Source: Klebsormidium nitens (taxonomy: Eukaryota > Plantae > Klebsormidiophyceae). Taken from it: a stretch of DNA of 34,308 nt. Each line of letters opens with the position of its first letter. Position 1 is the first letter of the stretch. Both the position numbers and the translations under genes were made by a program. A model generated the notes under the pieces. That model was not told where the DNA came from and ran no database searches. It saw nothing but the letters and a program-made list of their open reading frames with translations. The stretch covers positions 1-34,308 of the forward strand of contig DF237727.1 of the NCBI GenBank assembly GCA_000708835.1, in the 5' to 3' direction. Shown in pieces: positions 27,392 through 34,308 of this stretch.

Positions 27392-27453
27392 GATATACTC
27401 GGTACTCTATGTCCAGAATTTCGAGCTGACTCCTTTGGATATTCAAGCAGGCA

Positions 27454-27735
27454 CTAATGAGACAGGACGTAGCTGGTGAGCGTATTCCACATGCACCCCC
27501 TAACCTCGTCAAATCTCTTTATCAGAGCGTTCAAACTCTTACGCGACTCTCCTGCTGACCTCGCAAAGACGCTGAGTTCGTTGATCGCATCCGTGCATCC
27601 GAGAAAGTCTGCAACCAGTCTCCTGAAGTGTGCGTCTTCGGACAGACGGCCCCGATCCGGGTAGCCGTTCGAAGGATCCTCGAGCAATGTGCGGATCCTT
27701 TCGTCCATGATTCGACTCCTACTCGAAGCGTTCAT
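27454..27735 (-). CDS. Hypothetical protein, about 93 aa
   Basis: ATG ORF filling the space between the kinase and the deaminase. Confidence 0.5.
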   Translation of the reverse strand: MNASSRSRIMDERIRTLLEDPSNGYPDRGRLSEDAHFRRLVADFLGCTDAINELSVFARSAGESRKSLNALIKRFDEVRGCMWNTLTSYVLSH

Positions 27736-27746
27736 GATCGTACTTC

Positions 27747-28175
27747 CTATGTCTGTTCATCCACGTACTCTATGTCGACCCCAGCCTCGTCGAGCATCTC
27801 TTTAGAAAAGTGCCATTCCTCTTCCCACAGGAGACTCCTACCTATGCGCGGAACGCATATTTTGCGAATGCCTACTTGGATGATCGCTTTCGTGCAGGAG
27901 ATGCAGGGGAACAGCGTTTGGATGCACGTCGCACCTCGCAGCGAGACGCCCGAGCTAGCAGCCTCGGCGATGGCATTCAGCTCTGCGTGGACCACGTAAT
28001 TGTACTTGGTCGGTCGAACCCAGCGGTAAGATGGAGAGTCGTCGACGCCGGTCGGGAACGAGTTCACTCCGGCGCTGAGGACCTTCCCAGAATCGTTCAC
28101 GATCAAACACCCTACTTTCGTGTGCGGATCCTTACTCTTCTGCTGCGCGAGCCTCTTCGCTTGCTCCATCGTCAT
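27747..28175 (-). CDS. dCMP deaminase (start may be 28175 or 28211)
   Basis: SKDPHTKVGCLIV, G.N.FP.G, KY.YVVHAELNAI and TLFPCISCTKAIIQ.GI (HAE and PCxxC zinc motifs). Confidence 0.92.
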   Translation of the reverse strand: MTMEQAKRLAQQKSKDPHTKVGCLIVNDSGKVLSAGVNSFPTGVDDSPSYRWVRPTKYNYVVHAELNAIAEAASSGVSLRGATCIQTLFPCISCTKAIIQVGIRKICVPRIGRSLLWEEEWHFSKEMLDEAGVDIEYVDEQT

Positions 28176-28200
28176 GACAGCACCGAGACACCTACCAGCC

Positions 28201-28902
28201 CTAAACCACATCTTCGGCGGGCCCTTCCGGCCCAAACAGACGCCAGGCACCGTACGCGCACGCCAACCCCGTCAGCCCGAAGAACGCGTACGTCGTGTAC
28301 TTTGCTGCCGTCACGGGTTCATTTGGTCTCTTTGCGGTCTTCTCGAAGCTGACCACCGCTCTTGGTGCAGGGGGTATCGGCTCGTACTTGGCCGGCGGAG
28401 GGGGATCCGTGGGCAAGCGCAACCTCTTCCCCAGCGTCTTGAACTCGAAGACCAGAGAGTGATCGGCACCTCGAGTATCGTATAGTGCCCCCGCGTCGTC
28501 CAGCAATATGACGCTCAGCCTGGATATAGAGACGGGGTCGCAGAGGTTGTCCCCTATCTCGGTGATCGCGGGCCTGTAATTCTTGACCTTTCCGAGCGGT
28601 GAGTCCATCGGTAAACGTGCCAGTATCGACCGGCCTTGCGTCTCGTTCTCGCTGAAGGCCTCGTCTCTGTACACGGCCGTCTGACAGGAGGGCTTTGGCG
28701 CCTCGTCCACCGCGACGTCCAGGTAGAGCGTCTCGGCCGTGTTCGGTATCATAGCAGATATGAGGCGCAGGGAGACGCAATTTTGTATCGAGTACGGAAG
28801 GCGTATGCTGTACGAGTTCGAAGAGGGGTACGCCGCAATGTTCCTGCTCGAACTGTTCAAGCAGACGTGGAATCGAAAGAAGCAAGGGACGCTCTGATCC
28901 AT
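28201..28902 (-). CDS. DUF5901/penton-like giant-virus protein with a C-terminal transmembrane segment
   Basis: LNSSSRN..AYP..NSY.I.LP..IQNCVSLRLISAMIP...ILARLPM...ISRLSV.LLD..G.LYD..G.DHSL.FEF; hydrophobic TYAFFGLTGLACAYGAW near the C-terminus. Confidence 0.7.
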   Translation of the reverse strand: MDQSVPCFFRFHVCLNSSSRNIAAYPSSNSYSIRLPYSIQNCVSLRLISAMIPNTAETLYLDVAVDEAPKPSCQTAVYRDEAFSENETQGRSILARLPMDSPLGKVKNYRPAITEIGDNLCDPVSISRLSVILLDDAGALYDTRGADHSLVFEFKTLGKRLRLPTDPPPPAKYEPIPPAPRAVVSFEKTAKRPNEPVTAAKYTTYAFFGLTGLACAYGAWRLFGPEGPAEDVV

Positions 28903-28944
28903 GAGGACCGCATAAGTTCACGCAGGAGAATTCTCGCGTGAGAG

Positions 28945-29241
28945 CTACGCATACTGCGCCCTGCCCCACGTCTTCTTCTTGAGATGAGTACACGCTTTCA
29001 TCAGATCCTGATCCACCGTGTCTCCGCTCTCCTTCAACTTTGCAAATTCCGCCTCTAGGACCTCCGTCGGGACGTCTCCGTCTCGGCTCTGCAGTGGGCA
29101 CACATCCAGGAGGATCTCAAGCAACAGGGCGAACGTCTGCGTAGGATCGTTCAGCATGAAGATGAGAGCCTTTCCCTCGTGCGAGCCCAGCTTGACGAAT
29201 TGCCTCCCCCTCTTCCCAAAGGGATAAGCGAATACTTCCAT
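28945..29241 (-). CDS. Hypothetical protein, 98 aa
   Basis: ATG ORF co-oriented with its neighbours. Confidence 0.55.
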   Translation of the reverse strand: MEVFAYPFGKRGRQFVKLGSHEGKALIFMLNDPTQTFALLLEILLDVCPLQSRDGDVPTEVLEAEFAKLKESGDTVDQDLMKACTHLKKKTWGRAQYA

Positions 29242-29323
29242 GACTACACGTACTGCGTAGATTTGTCGGGGGTGCCAGAACGCGGCAGCGAGGCCGAGTA
29301 CATTTGCATCGAGGTCTCATAGC

Positions 29324-29767
29324 ATGGACAAGATCTCATCCGACCAACTCACGTGGGTGCTGTCCAAGGCAAGGTCCTACGCGCTCGCCGTGTGTTCGTT
29401 CAGGGAACCGAAAGACGTCATGATCACGCTGGACACGTGGGGCTGGGAGCTCCTCTCGCGCAACATAGCATGGCTGTGCGAGATACCGAGCGAGCACGTG
29501 TGTTCCATGCCGGTGAAGGGAGAGTGGAGATGCTACGTGCACGAAGGAGCTCTCAACTACTACAGGGGTGACATCGCCAAGGCAGCACGTTATACATTGC
29601 ACGTACACACAACTAAGAACCACGGCGCATTCTGTGTGCTCAGAGATAATGAAGACCGGCCCTTGAAGAGACAAACGTTGCACTTTTTGGACATCACGAA
29701 CGCCGACGAGCTGAAAACGAGAATGGGAGCTCTGCCACCACTCGACGGCACGATAGCGTTGGTTTGA
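29324..29767 (+). CDS. Hypothetical protein, 147 aa
   Basis: ATG ORF divergent from 29241. Confidence 0.6.
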   Translation: MDKISSDQLTWVLSKARSYALAVCSFREPKDVMITLDTWGWELLSRNIAWLCEIPSEHVCSMPVKGEWRCYVHEGALNYYRGDIAKAARYTLHVHTTKNHGAFCVLRDNEDRPLKRQTLHFLDITNADELKTRMGALPPLDGTIALV

Positions 29768-29999
29768 AGTCAGACACGCACTCTCAGATGTCTCTCGACA
29801 TGTCCAGCAAGATATTATCTACCGACGGTAGATGACTTACACCAGTTCTTTTCTTCCTGGGATCTATCTCTCCAGATAGCGTCTCCCACGCCCGCAACGA
29901 CACCTGTCCCTTCCTCCTAGTGCTGCATGACAGCTTGTGCTCCTGCTAGTCGCTGACCGAGCATTTCTTGGAGCAATACGCCCTAAAACCCATCATCTT

Positions 30000-30185
30000 C
30001 CAAGGTCGATAGGTACTTCAGACTGCGTAGGAGTTTGAGCACCATGAAAGCTACGTCGGTGATGTACTCTCCGATGGATCAATCACTGAACAGACCAAGA
30101 CATCACTACAATTGTCCAGTGGTCTGTCAGGCTAAGCATGACATATCTGCCATGGCTCCATCTTGCAGTCGCCCCTAGGGGCGAA
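30000..30185 (-). ncRNA. Predicted Fanzor2 omegaRNA (boundaries approximate)
   Basis: Directly downstream of the stop codon: perfect 16-bp palindrome TCGCCCCTAGGGGCGA (30169-30184) and an ACAGACC/GGTCTGT stem-loop (30090-30127). Confidence 0.5.
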
Positions 30186-31931
30186 TTACTTCCTTCGTAT
30201 CGCACGAAGTAGTATGTTCCGAGCACCATTGCAATCCCTGTCTATGACTGCGAAGCAGCTTCCGCACTTGAAGGTCCTCGCACCCTCTAGGTTTTGCTTT
30301 ACTTCCCCGCACCTGCCACAGGTCTTGCTCGTGTAATGCTCGGAAACGATCAGGACTCTCACTCCCCTGCCAGCAGCCTTGGCTATCAGCCGCTGTTTGA
30401 ACTTGTAGTGCGACAGGAACGACATCTGCCTGACACTCTTGCTCCCGATCCGCCGTTGGAATCTTCGGACCATCTCGCTGGTCTCGAACGTCGGCAACAG
30501 AATGATCTTCGCTTTTCGTGTGAGGAAGTCCGCGACCTTGTAGTGCATCTCGTCACGCAGATGAGCTATCTTTCTTCGTGTCTTGATGATTCTCAATCTC
30601 ACTGCTCTTTGTTTTTTCCGATGGTCCTTCGGGATGCGCTTCTCGAAAGCGAGTAGTCTGTCCAAGGTGATAGCCAACGAGAACAGGCGTTGTGCACACC
30701 CATCGCCCAATTTGTATGCCTCGCTGGGGCTGTAGGCGGTCAGGAATGTTCTGACTCCCGGGTCCAGGGCTATCACTGCCTCTCTCGTCTCGTTGATGAG
30801 AGATTTGGTGTTTCCCTTCACTTTAGCTGGATGCGTTTTTGAGTAGGGCAAGAGGAGATAATACTTGGCACCATCGAATTGCAGCTGACAGTCCTTGGTG
30901 ATCTCGCCGATGGCACCCAACGTCTCGAACTCCCAAGGGCAATAATCTCCGTAGATGATCAGGGTGCGATTGCCCCTGCGCTTGACAGCAGTCTTTGCAA
31001 TCCCCAAGCACCACCCCTTCGAGTCCTCTTTTTTCTTCGTCTTGAAGGAAAATCGGAACCCGGTGATGTTCCCACGTTCTCGATTGCTGAAGCAGGATTT
31101 AGCATTCTTGGCCGCTTCGAAAACCGCAGCGGCCCTCACGTCCTTGGGTGTCTTCAAGAGGTGTGGCTTGTCTCCATTCACTTCAACTGGGGTGATCAAG
31201 TCCCGGAGGTACATCTTGTTGAAGCTCGCTGTCTCGTTCATGAGGAACACTGCCTTGTTGTAGCTGTATCGAGCCGCGTGCCTCCAGTCGTTCAGCATCC
31301 TCTTCTGATACTTCTTTGGGAGGATCCGAACTTTCCGCATCCTGATCAACTCCTCTGCTTCTTCGTGCTCGCTTTCTTCGTCCTTTGGTACCGTCTGTTC
31401 CTCCTCCGTAACGTCTTCTCCCGTTCCATCGACAACCGAACACCTGAACGACCGCGAGCACGTCCTCTGCCAGCTCTGCCTCTGGAGACTTATCGTCTTG
31501 TTGGAGAACCACGAGGCGGACACCGTGTCTTTCGAAGAACCACGAGAGCAGATCGAATCCGAAACGACACAGTCTGTCTTTTGAGGCAACCACAACCTCT
31601 CGTACAAGTCCCTTCTCGCTCTGTTCCAGAAGGGATAGAAGTCCCTTCCTCTTGAAATTGAGGCCCGATCCGACGTCGCTGATAACTGAGTGTCCGGGGT
31701 ACTGGTCACGCATATATGACTCTTGACGTCGAAGATCGTTCTTCTGTTTCTGGCTGGACACTCTGGTATAGATGTAGGAGGCGCGCTCGCTGGAGGGATC
31801 GAGGCTCTTGAGGTCGTAGATACGCTTGCCTCCAGGGCTACGCTCGACCTTGATCTTCCCGGCAGCTTCCCATCTGATGAGAGTCCTAGTGCACACACCG
31901 AAGTGGTCGGCTGCTTCGGACAACCTGACAT
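30186..31931 (-). CDS. tnpB: Fanzor2 / IS607-type TnpB RNA-guided nuclease (581 aa from 31931, or 384 aa from the Met at 31340)
   Basis: RuvC-I VIALDPGVRTF; RuvC-II with Pro at the canonical Glu position (IILLPTF) and the alternative Glu in VSEHYTSKTC; CxxC/CxxC zinc finger; IDRDCNGARNI. Confidence 0.92.
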   Translation of the reverse strand: MSGCPKQPTTSVCALGLSSDGKLPGRSRSSVALEASVSTTSRASIPPASAPPTSIPECPARNRRTIFDVKSHICVTSTPDTQLSATSDRASISRGRDFYPFWNRARRDLYERLWLPQKTDCVVSDSICSRGSSKDTVSASWFSNKTISLQRQSWQRTCSRSFRCSVVDGTGEDVTEEEQTVPKDEESEHEEAEELIRMRKVRILPKKYQKRMLNDWRHAARYSYNKAVFLMNETASFNKMYLRDLITPVEVNGDKPHLLKTPKDVRAAAVFEAAKNAKSCFSNRERGNITGFRFSFKTKKKEDSKGWCLGIAKTAVKRRGNRTLIIYGDYCPWEFETLGAIGEITKDCQLQFDGAKYYLLLPYSKTHPAKVKGNTKSLINETREAVIALDPGVRTFLTAYSPSEAYKLGDGCAQRLFSLAITLDRLLAFEKRIPKDHRKKQRAVRLRIIKTRRKIAHLRDEMHYKVADFLTRKAKIILLPTFETSEMVRRFQRRIGSKSVRQMSFLSHYKFKQRLIAKAAGRGVRVLIVSEHYTSKTCGRCGEVKQNLEGARTFKCGSCFAVIDRDCNGARNILLRAIRRK

Positions 31932-31938
31932 ACCCCAT
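31183..31938 (-). CDS. tnpA: IS607-family serine recombinase/transposase TnpA
   Basis: N-terminal MerR-like HTH (EAADHFGVCTRTLIRW), YTRVSSQKQ catalytic Ser motif, DVGSGLNFKRKGL, DRLCRFGFDL, ELAEDV and RRY. ATG at 31938. Confidence 0.95.
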   Translation of the reverse strand: MGYVRLSEAADHFGVCTRTLIRWEAAGKIKVERSPGGKRIYDLKSLDPSSERASYIYTRVSSQKQKNDLRRQESYMRDQYPGHSVISDVGSGLNFKRKGLLSLLEQSEKGLVREVVVASKDRLCRFGFDLLSWFFERHGVRLVVLQQDDKSPEAELAEDVLAVVQVFGCRWNGRRRYGGGTDGTKGRRKRARRSRGVDQDAESSDPPKEVSEEDAERLEARGSIQLQQGSVPHERDSELQQDVPPGLDHPS

Positions 31939-31956
31939 CTGTGTTTGACATACCCC
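31926..31956 (-). repeat. IS607 left-end direct repeats (11 bp, two copies 20 bp apart)
   Basis: TGACATACCCC at 31926-31936 and 31946-31956; the first overlaps the tnpA and Fanzor2 start codons. Confidence 0.7.
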
Positions 31957-32109
31957 TATAGAAAAGAGGTCAGAGTTTGAACGCACTTGTCTGCGATCGT
32001 TCATCCAACCGTAAAAACACGTAAGGTAACCCTATAGCTCTCCCAAGTTTTTTTTAAACGATAAGCGTCGATATAGGGCCGTCGGTCTCCGTAACCGAAG
32101 TCAGGCACC

Positions 32110-33000
32110 ATGGAGCATACCGAGCGTGCACCGACCTCGCCCATCGAGTCCGTCGACGCGGACGTGCTGCTGGAACTGCTCGACAGACATTCGGACATGA
32201 GGGCCTCTTCCGTCGCCTCCCTGGCATGCACCTCGAGGAGCTTCAGAGACGCCACTGGAAGGGCTTGGCCGTTGATGATGGCAGCATACGAACGAAGGTG
32301 TGACGAAACGTCCAGAGCGAGGCCTTCCATAGACCTGGGCCGATGCGTCGATCCACTGGCGTGCGAGGAAGACTGCGAGTATGAGGCGGACACCACGCCC
32401 TCGGGAAAACCATACGTGAGCTTCTCCGTCCGGAATCTCATGATGGAGGCGGAGAAGGAGGCCGCGTTGATGCCCGTGTCAGCAGCCAGAAAGACCTTCT
32501 TCCTTGCGTCCGAGGATTTGAGGTCGCTGCGAGCACACAAAGACGTGCACGCGAGGAAGTTCTTCCGCTTCCGCGACGTCATCGAGGCGACGATGCTACG
32601 CTTCGGGCGGAGAGAGGCCATGAAGAAGATGCTGGCGTACGCGAGGAAGCGAGACAGGGCTCAGGATGCTCGAGCTTCGAGGTGGCGGGAAGTGGAGGAG
32701 ATCTCTCGCTCCACCGTCCAAGAGAGCGACTGGCCGTGCTTTCAAGACCTCCTGGAGATAGCGGGGGACTACCTGAGGAAGGGGACGGGCGGCTTGCGAC
32801 TCGTGAGGGAACGGTGCAAGAGATTCCAACTGTTCTTGGCCATGGTAGGTCAGGGGGCATGGAGCTGGCCGGAACCCTACTTCCTGATGCCTCACGAGAA
32901 GGGAATCGTGCAGCACCTGCACGTGGGTTACTGCCTGACGGGAGACAGGCGGTTCGTCCAGGACGCGATCAGGGCGGTCAGGGACAGGCGTGCGATTTAG
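32110..33000 (+). CDS. F-box-like protein with an XPA-C-like helical motif
   Basis: VDADVLLELL......VASLACTSRSFRD (F-box-like); VSAARKTFFL...DL..L.......F...DV..A....FG (XPA C-terminal-like). Confidence 0.6.
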   Translation: MEHTERAPTSPIESVDADVLLELLDRHSDMRASSVASLACTSRSFRDATGRAWPLMMAAYERRCDETSRARPSIDLGRCVDPLACEEDCEYEADTTPSGKPYVSFSVRNLMMEAEKEAALMPVSAARKTFFLASEDLRSLRAHKDVHARKFFRFRDVIEATMLRFGRREAMKKMLAYARKRDRAQDARASRWREVEEISRSTVQESDWPCFQDLLEIAGDYLRKGTGGLRLVRERCKRFQLFLAMVGQGAWSWPEPYFLMPHEKGIVQHLHVGYCLTGDRRFVQDAIRAVRDRRAI

Positions 33001-33053
33001 GAAAACTCTTTTCTCGTGCTTTAGTATCAGTACCATATCGTGGACGCAAAGAC

Positions 33054-33860
33054 ATGGCGACATCAGTGATCGCCAAGCAGACCGTCACCTTCATGAGGGC
33101 CACCGCCGCACCATCCCGCCGTCAGGATCTCCACACAACATCCACCGTTCCCCGTCGCCGAAACGTAGCGAGGAGGGACGGGGGCTACTTCTTCGAGAAG
33201 CTCAGGAGGATCGGAAAGGCTGCGGAACTGAACACGCTCGAGAGGAGGGAGAGGCGCAACTTTCAGCTGAAGCGTTTCATCAGGCAGGTGGATCAGGATG
33301 CGAGGAAAAACGCCGAGCAGACCCTCGCGCGTACCCTGGTGACCCTCGCCGACGGCTACGACGGCCTCAGGGAGCTGTTCCCTGAGGAGAGCGACTTGCT
33401 GAGCGATTCTGGGACCGACATCCGGGATTTCTGGCGCGAGAACTCTCACGAGTACGACGACGAGGTGGTCTACCTCAGGAAGCTGTTCAGAGACCACGAG
33501 GAGGAGGAGGACCGGAAGAAGAGAGGGGGGAGGGCGTACGACGAGCCTTGGAAGCGTTCCGGCGAGAGGAAGGATTCACGTCGGGTCTGGGAAGACGTCA
33601 AGAAGGAGGGCGATCACGTCCTGGAAGAGAAGGAACGTATCCAGGAGCACAGAGCACAGGTCGAGAAGAAAGCGGAGCAGAGAGCGGAGGAGGACGCGAA
33701 CAGAGAGAAGGAGCGTAGGAAGGATGACAGGAAGAGGGCAGAGCAGCGTGCAGAGGAAGATGAGGAGCGCGTTCAGGAGCAGGAGAAGAAGGCAGAGAGA
33801 AAGGCAGAGAAGCGTAGCAAGGAGGACAGGCAGGAGTGGAACGACGGATCTTACATGTGA
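33054..33860 (+). CDS. Hypothetical protein with a transit-peptide-like N-terminus and a highly charged coiled-coil tail
   Basis: ATG at 33054; first 40 aa are Ala/Thr/Ser/Arg-rich with one acidic residue; E/K/R repeats at the C-terminus. Confidence 0.7.
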   Translation: MATSVIAKQTVTFMRATAAPSRRQDLHTTSTVPRRRNVARRDGGYFFEKLRRIGKAAELNTLERRERRNFQLKRFIRQVDQDARKNAEQTLARTLVTLADGYDGLRELFPEESDLLSDSGTDIRDFWRENSHEYDDEVVYLRKLFRDHEEEEDRKKRGGRAYDEPWKRSGERKDSRRVWEDVKKEGDHVLEEKERIQEHRAQVEKKAEQRAEEDANREKERRKDDRKRAEQRAEEDEERVQEQEKKAERKAEKRSKEDRQEWNDGSYM

Positions 33861-33902
33861 AAACTGTGTGTCTGGTTTTTTTCTATCATAGAAGCATGAA
33901 CG

Positions 33903-34308
33903 ATGGATCTCGACGTTCTGGCTGATGCACCGAAGTTGGCCGAGAATGCCGCGCATATCGCTAAGAAGAATGCGAATGCAGCCGGGAAGGTCGCGAATCT
34001 GTCCGACAAGGTGGCCTCGCTGGACGTCAAGCACAATGCTTTCTTGGCGAACGGTCATGCCATCAGTGCCGCTCACGAAGCCGAAGAGGCGGAGAACCAT
34101 ACCAACATAGCCAAGCATGCTGCGGAACTCGGCGATCATGAAACGGCGGGGCAAGCCGCATTGGCGGCCCTGACCAACGCACAGAATGCATCCATGCACG
34201 CACAGTTGGCTGCACATGCTGCAGAAGACGCAGGCGTACATCCAGTGGTCACGAACAAGATCGCGGATGATGCGGCAGATAGTCATGCGGAGGTGGAGCA
34301 GGCAAAGA
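33903..34308 (+). CDS. Ala/His/Asn-rich protein, truncated by the window end
   Basis: ATG at 33903, frame open to 34308. Confidence 0.65.
   Translation, partial: MDLDVLADAPKLAENAAHIAKKNANAAGKVANLSDKVASLDVKHNAFLANGHAISAAHEAEEAENHTNIAKHAAELGDHETAGQAALAALTNAQNASMHAQLAAHAAEDAGVHPVVTNKIADDAADSHAEVEQAK

Larger units (their letters stand above)
29950..32010 (-). mobile_element. IS607-family element (tnpA plus Fanzor2/TnpB); ends approximate
   Basis: Serine recombinase and RuvC nuclease in the IS607 arrangement, direct repeats at the left end, structured 3' region. No TIR or TSD seen, as expected for IS607. Confidence 0.85.
5611..34308. mobile_element. Endogenous giant-virus (Nucleocytoviricota-like) region, left junction at about 5610, continuing past the window end
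   Basis: Compact, mostly intronless ORFs with short spacers; several families typical of algal giant viruses; abuts host-type LTR/transposon DNA on one contig; pseudogenising lesions and one spliceosomal intron. Confidence 0.8.

Noticed and set aside
30186-31938. IS607 as bacterial contamination
   Set aside because: Contiguous with viral-type genes on both sides and has the Pro-substituted RuvC-II of Fanzor2-type proteins.
5611-34308. Assignment to a specific virus family or a named host species
   Set aside because: No MCP, polB, A32 ATPase or other phylogenetic marker in the window; host clues are only suggestive.

Overview
Eukaryotic (probably green-lineage) scaffold with two assembly gaps (8474-8493, 21425-22102). 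Bases 1-5610 look like host DNA: scattered putative exons, a non-coding TAACCAG-rich DNA-transposon-like element, and the 5' LTR, PBS and gag start of a Ty1/Copia retrotransposon. At about 5610 gag is fused in frame to a viral-type gene. From there to the window end the DNA is gene-dense, almost intronless and giant-virus-like (Nucleocytoviricota), read here as an endogenous giant-virus region. It encodes a prasinovirus/chlorovirus-type papain-fold protein, a P8-like minor capsid protein, three DUF5901/penton-like paralogues, dCMP deaminase, a viral kinase, an EsV-1-7-repeat nuclease, U-box and F-box-like proteins, a captured EF-hand-less CDPK-related kinase and an expansin-like protein. Two RNA-guided nuclease systems sit in the viral region. 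One is a Fanzor1 inside a transposase-less element with 27-bp TIRs and TA target duplications, with a second copy of that element family spanning the large gap. The other is an IS607 element whose tnpA and Fanzor2/TnpB ORFs start 7 nt apart and overlap for about 750 nt. Signs of host residence include a phase-correct spliceosomal intron in a conserved viral gene and several small frameshifting lesions. No major capsid protein, polB or packaging ATPase is in the window, so the virus family is not assigned. All family assignments come from motif recognition, not database searches.
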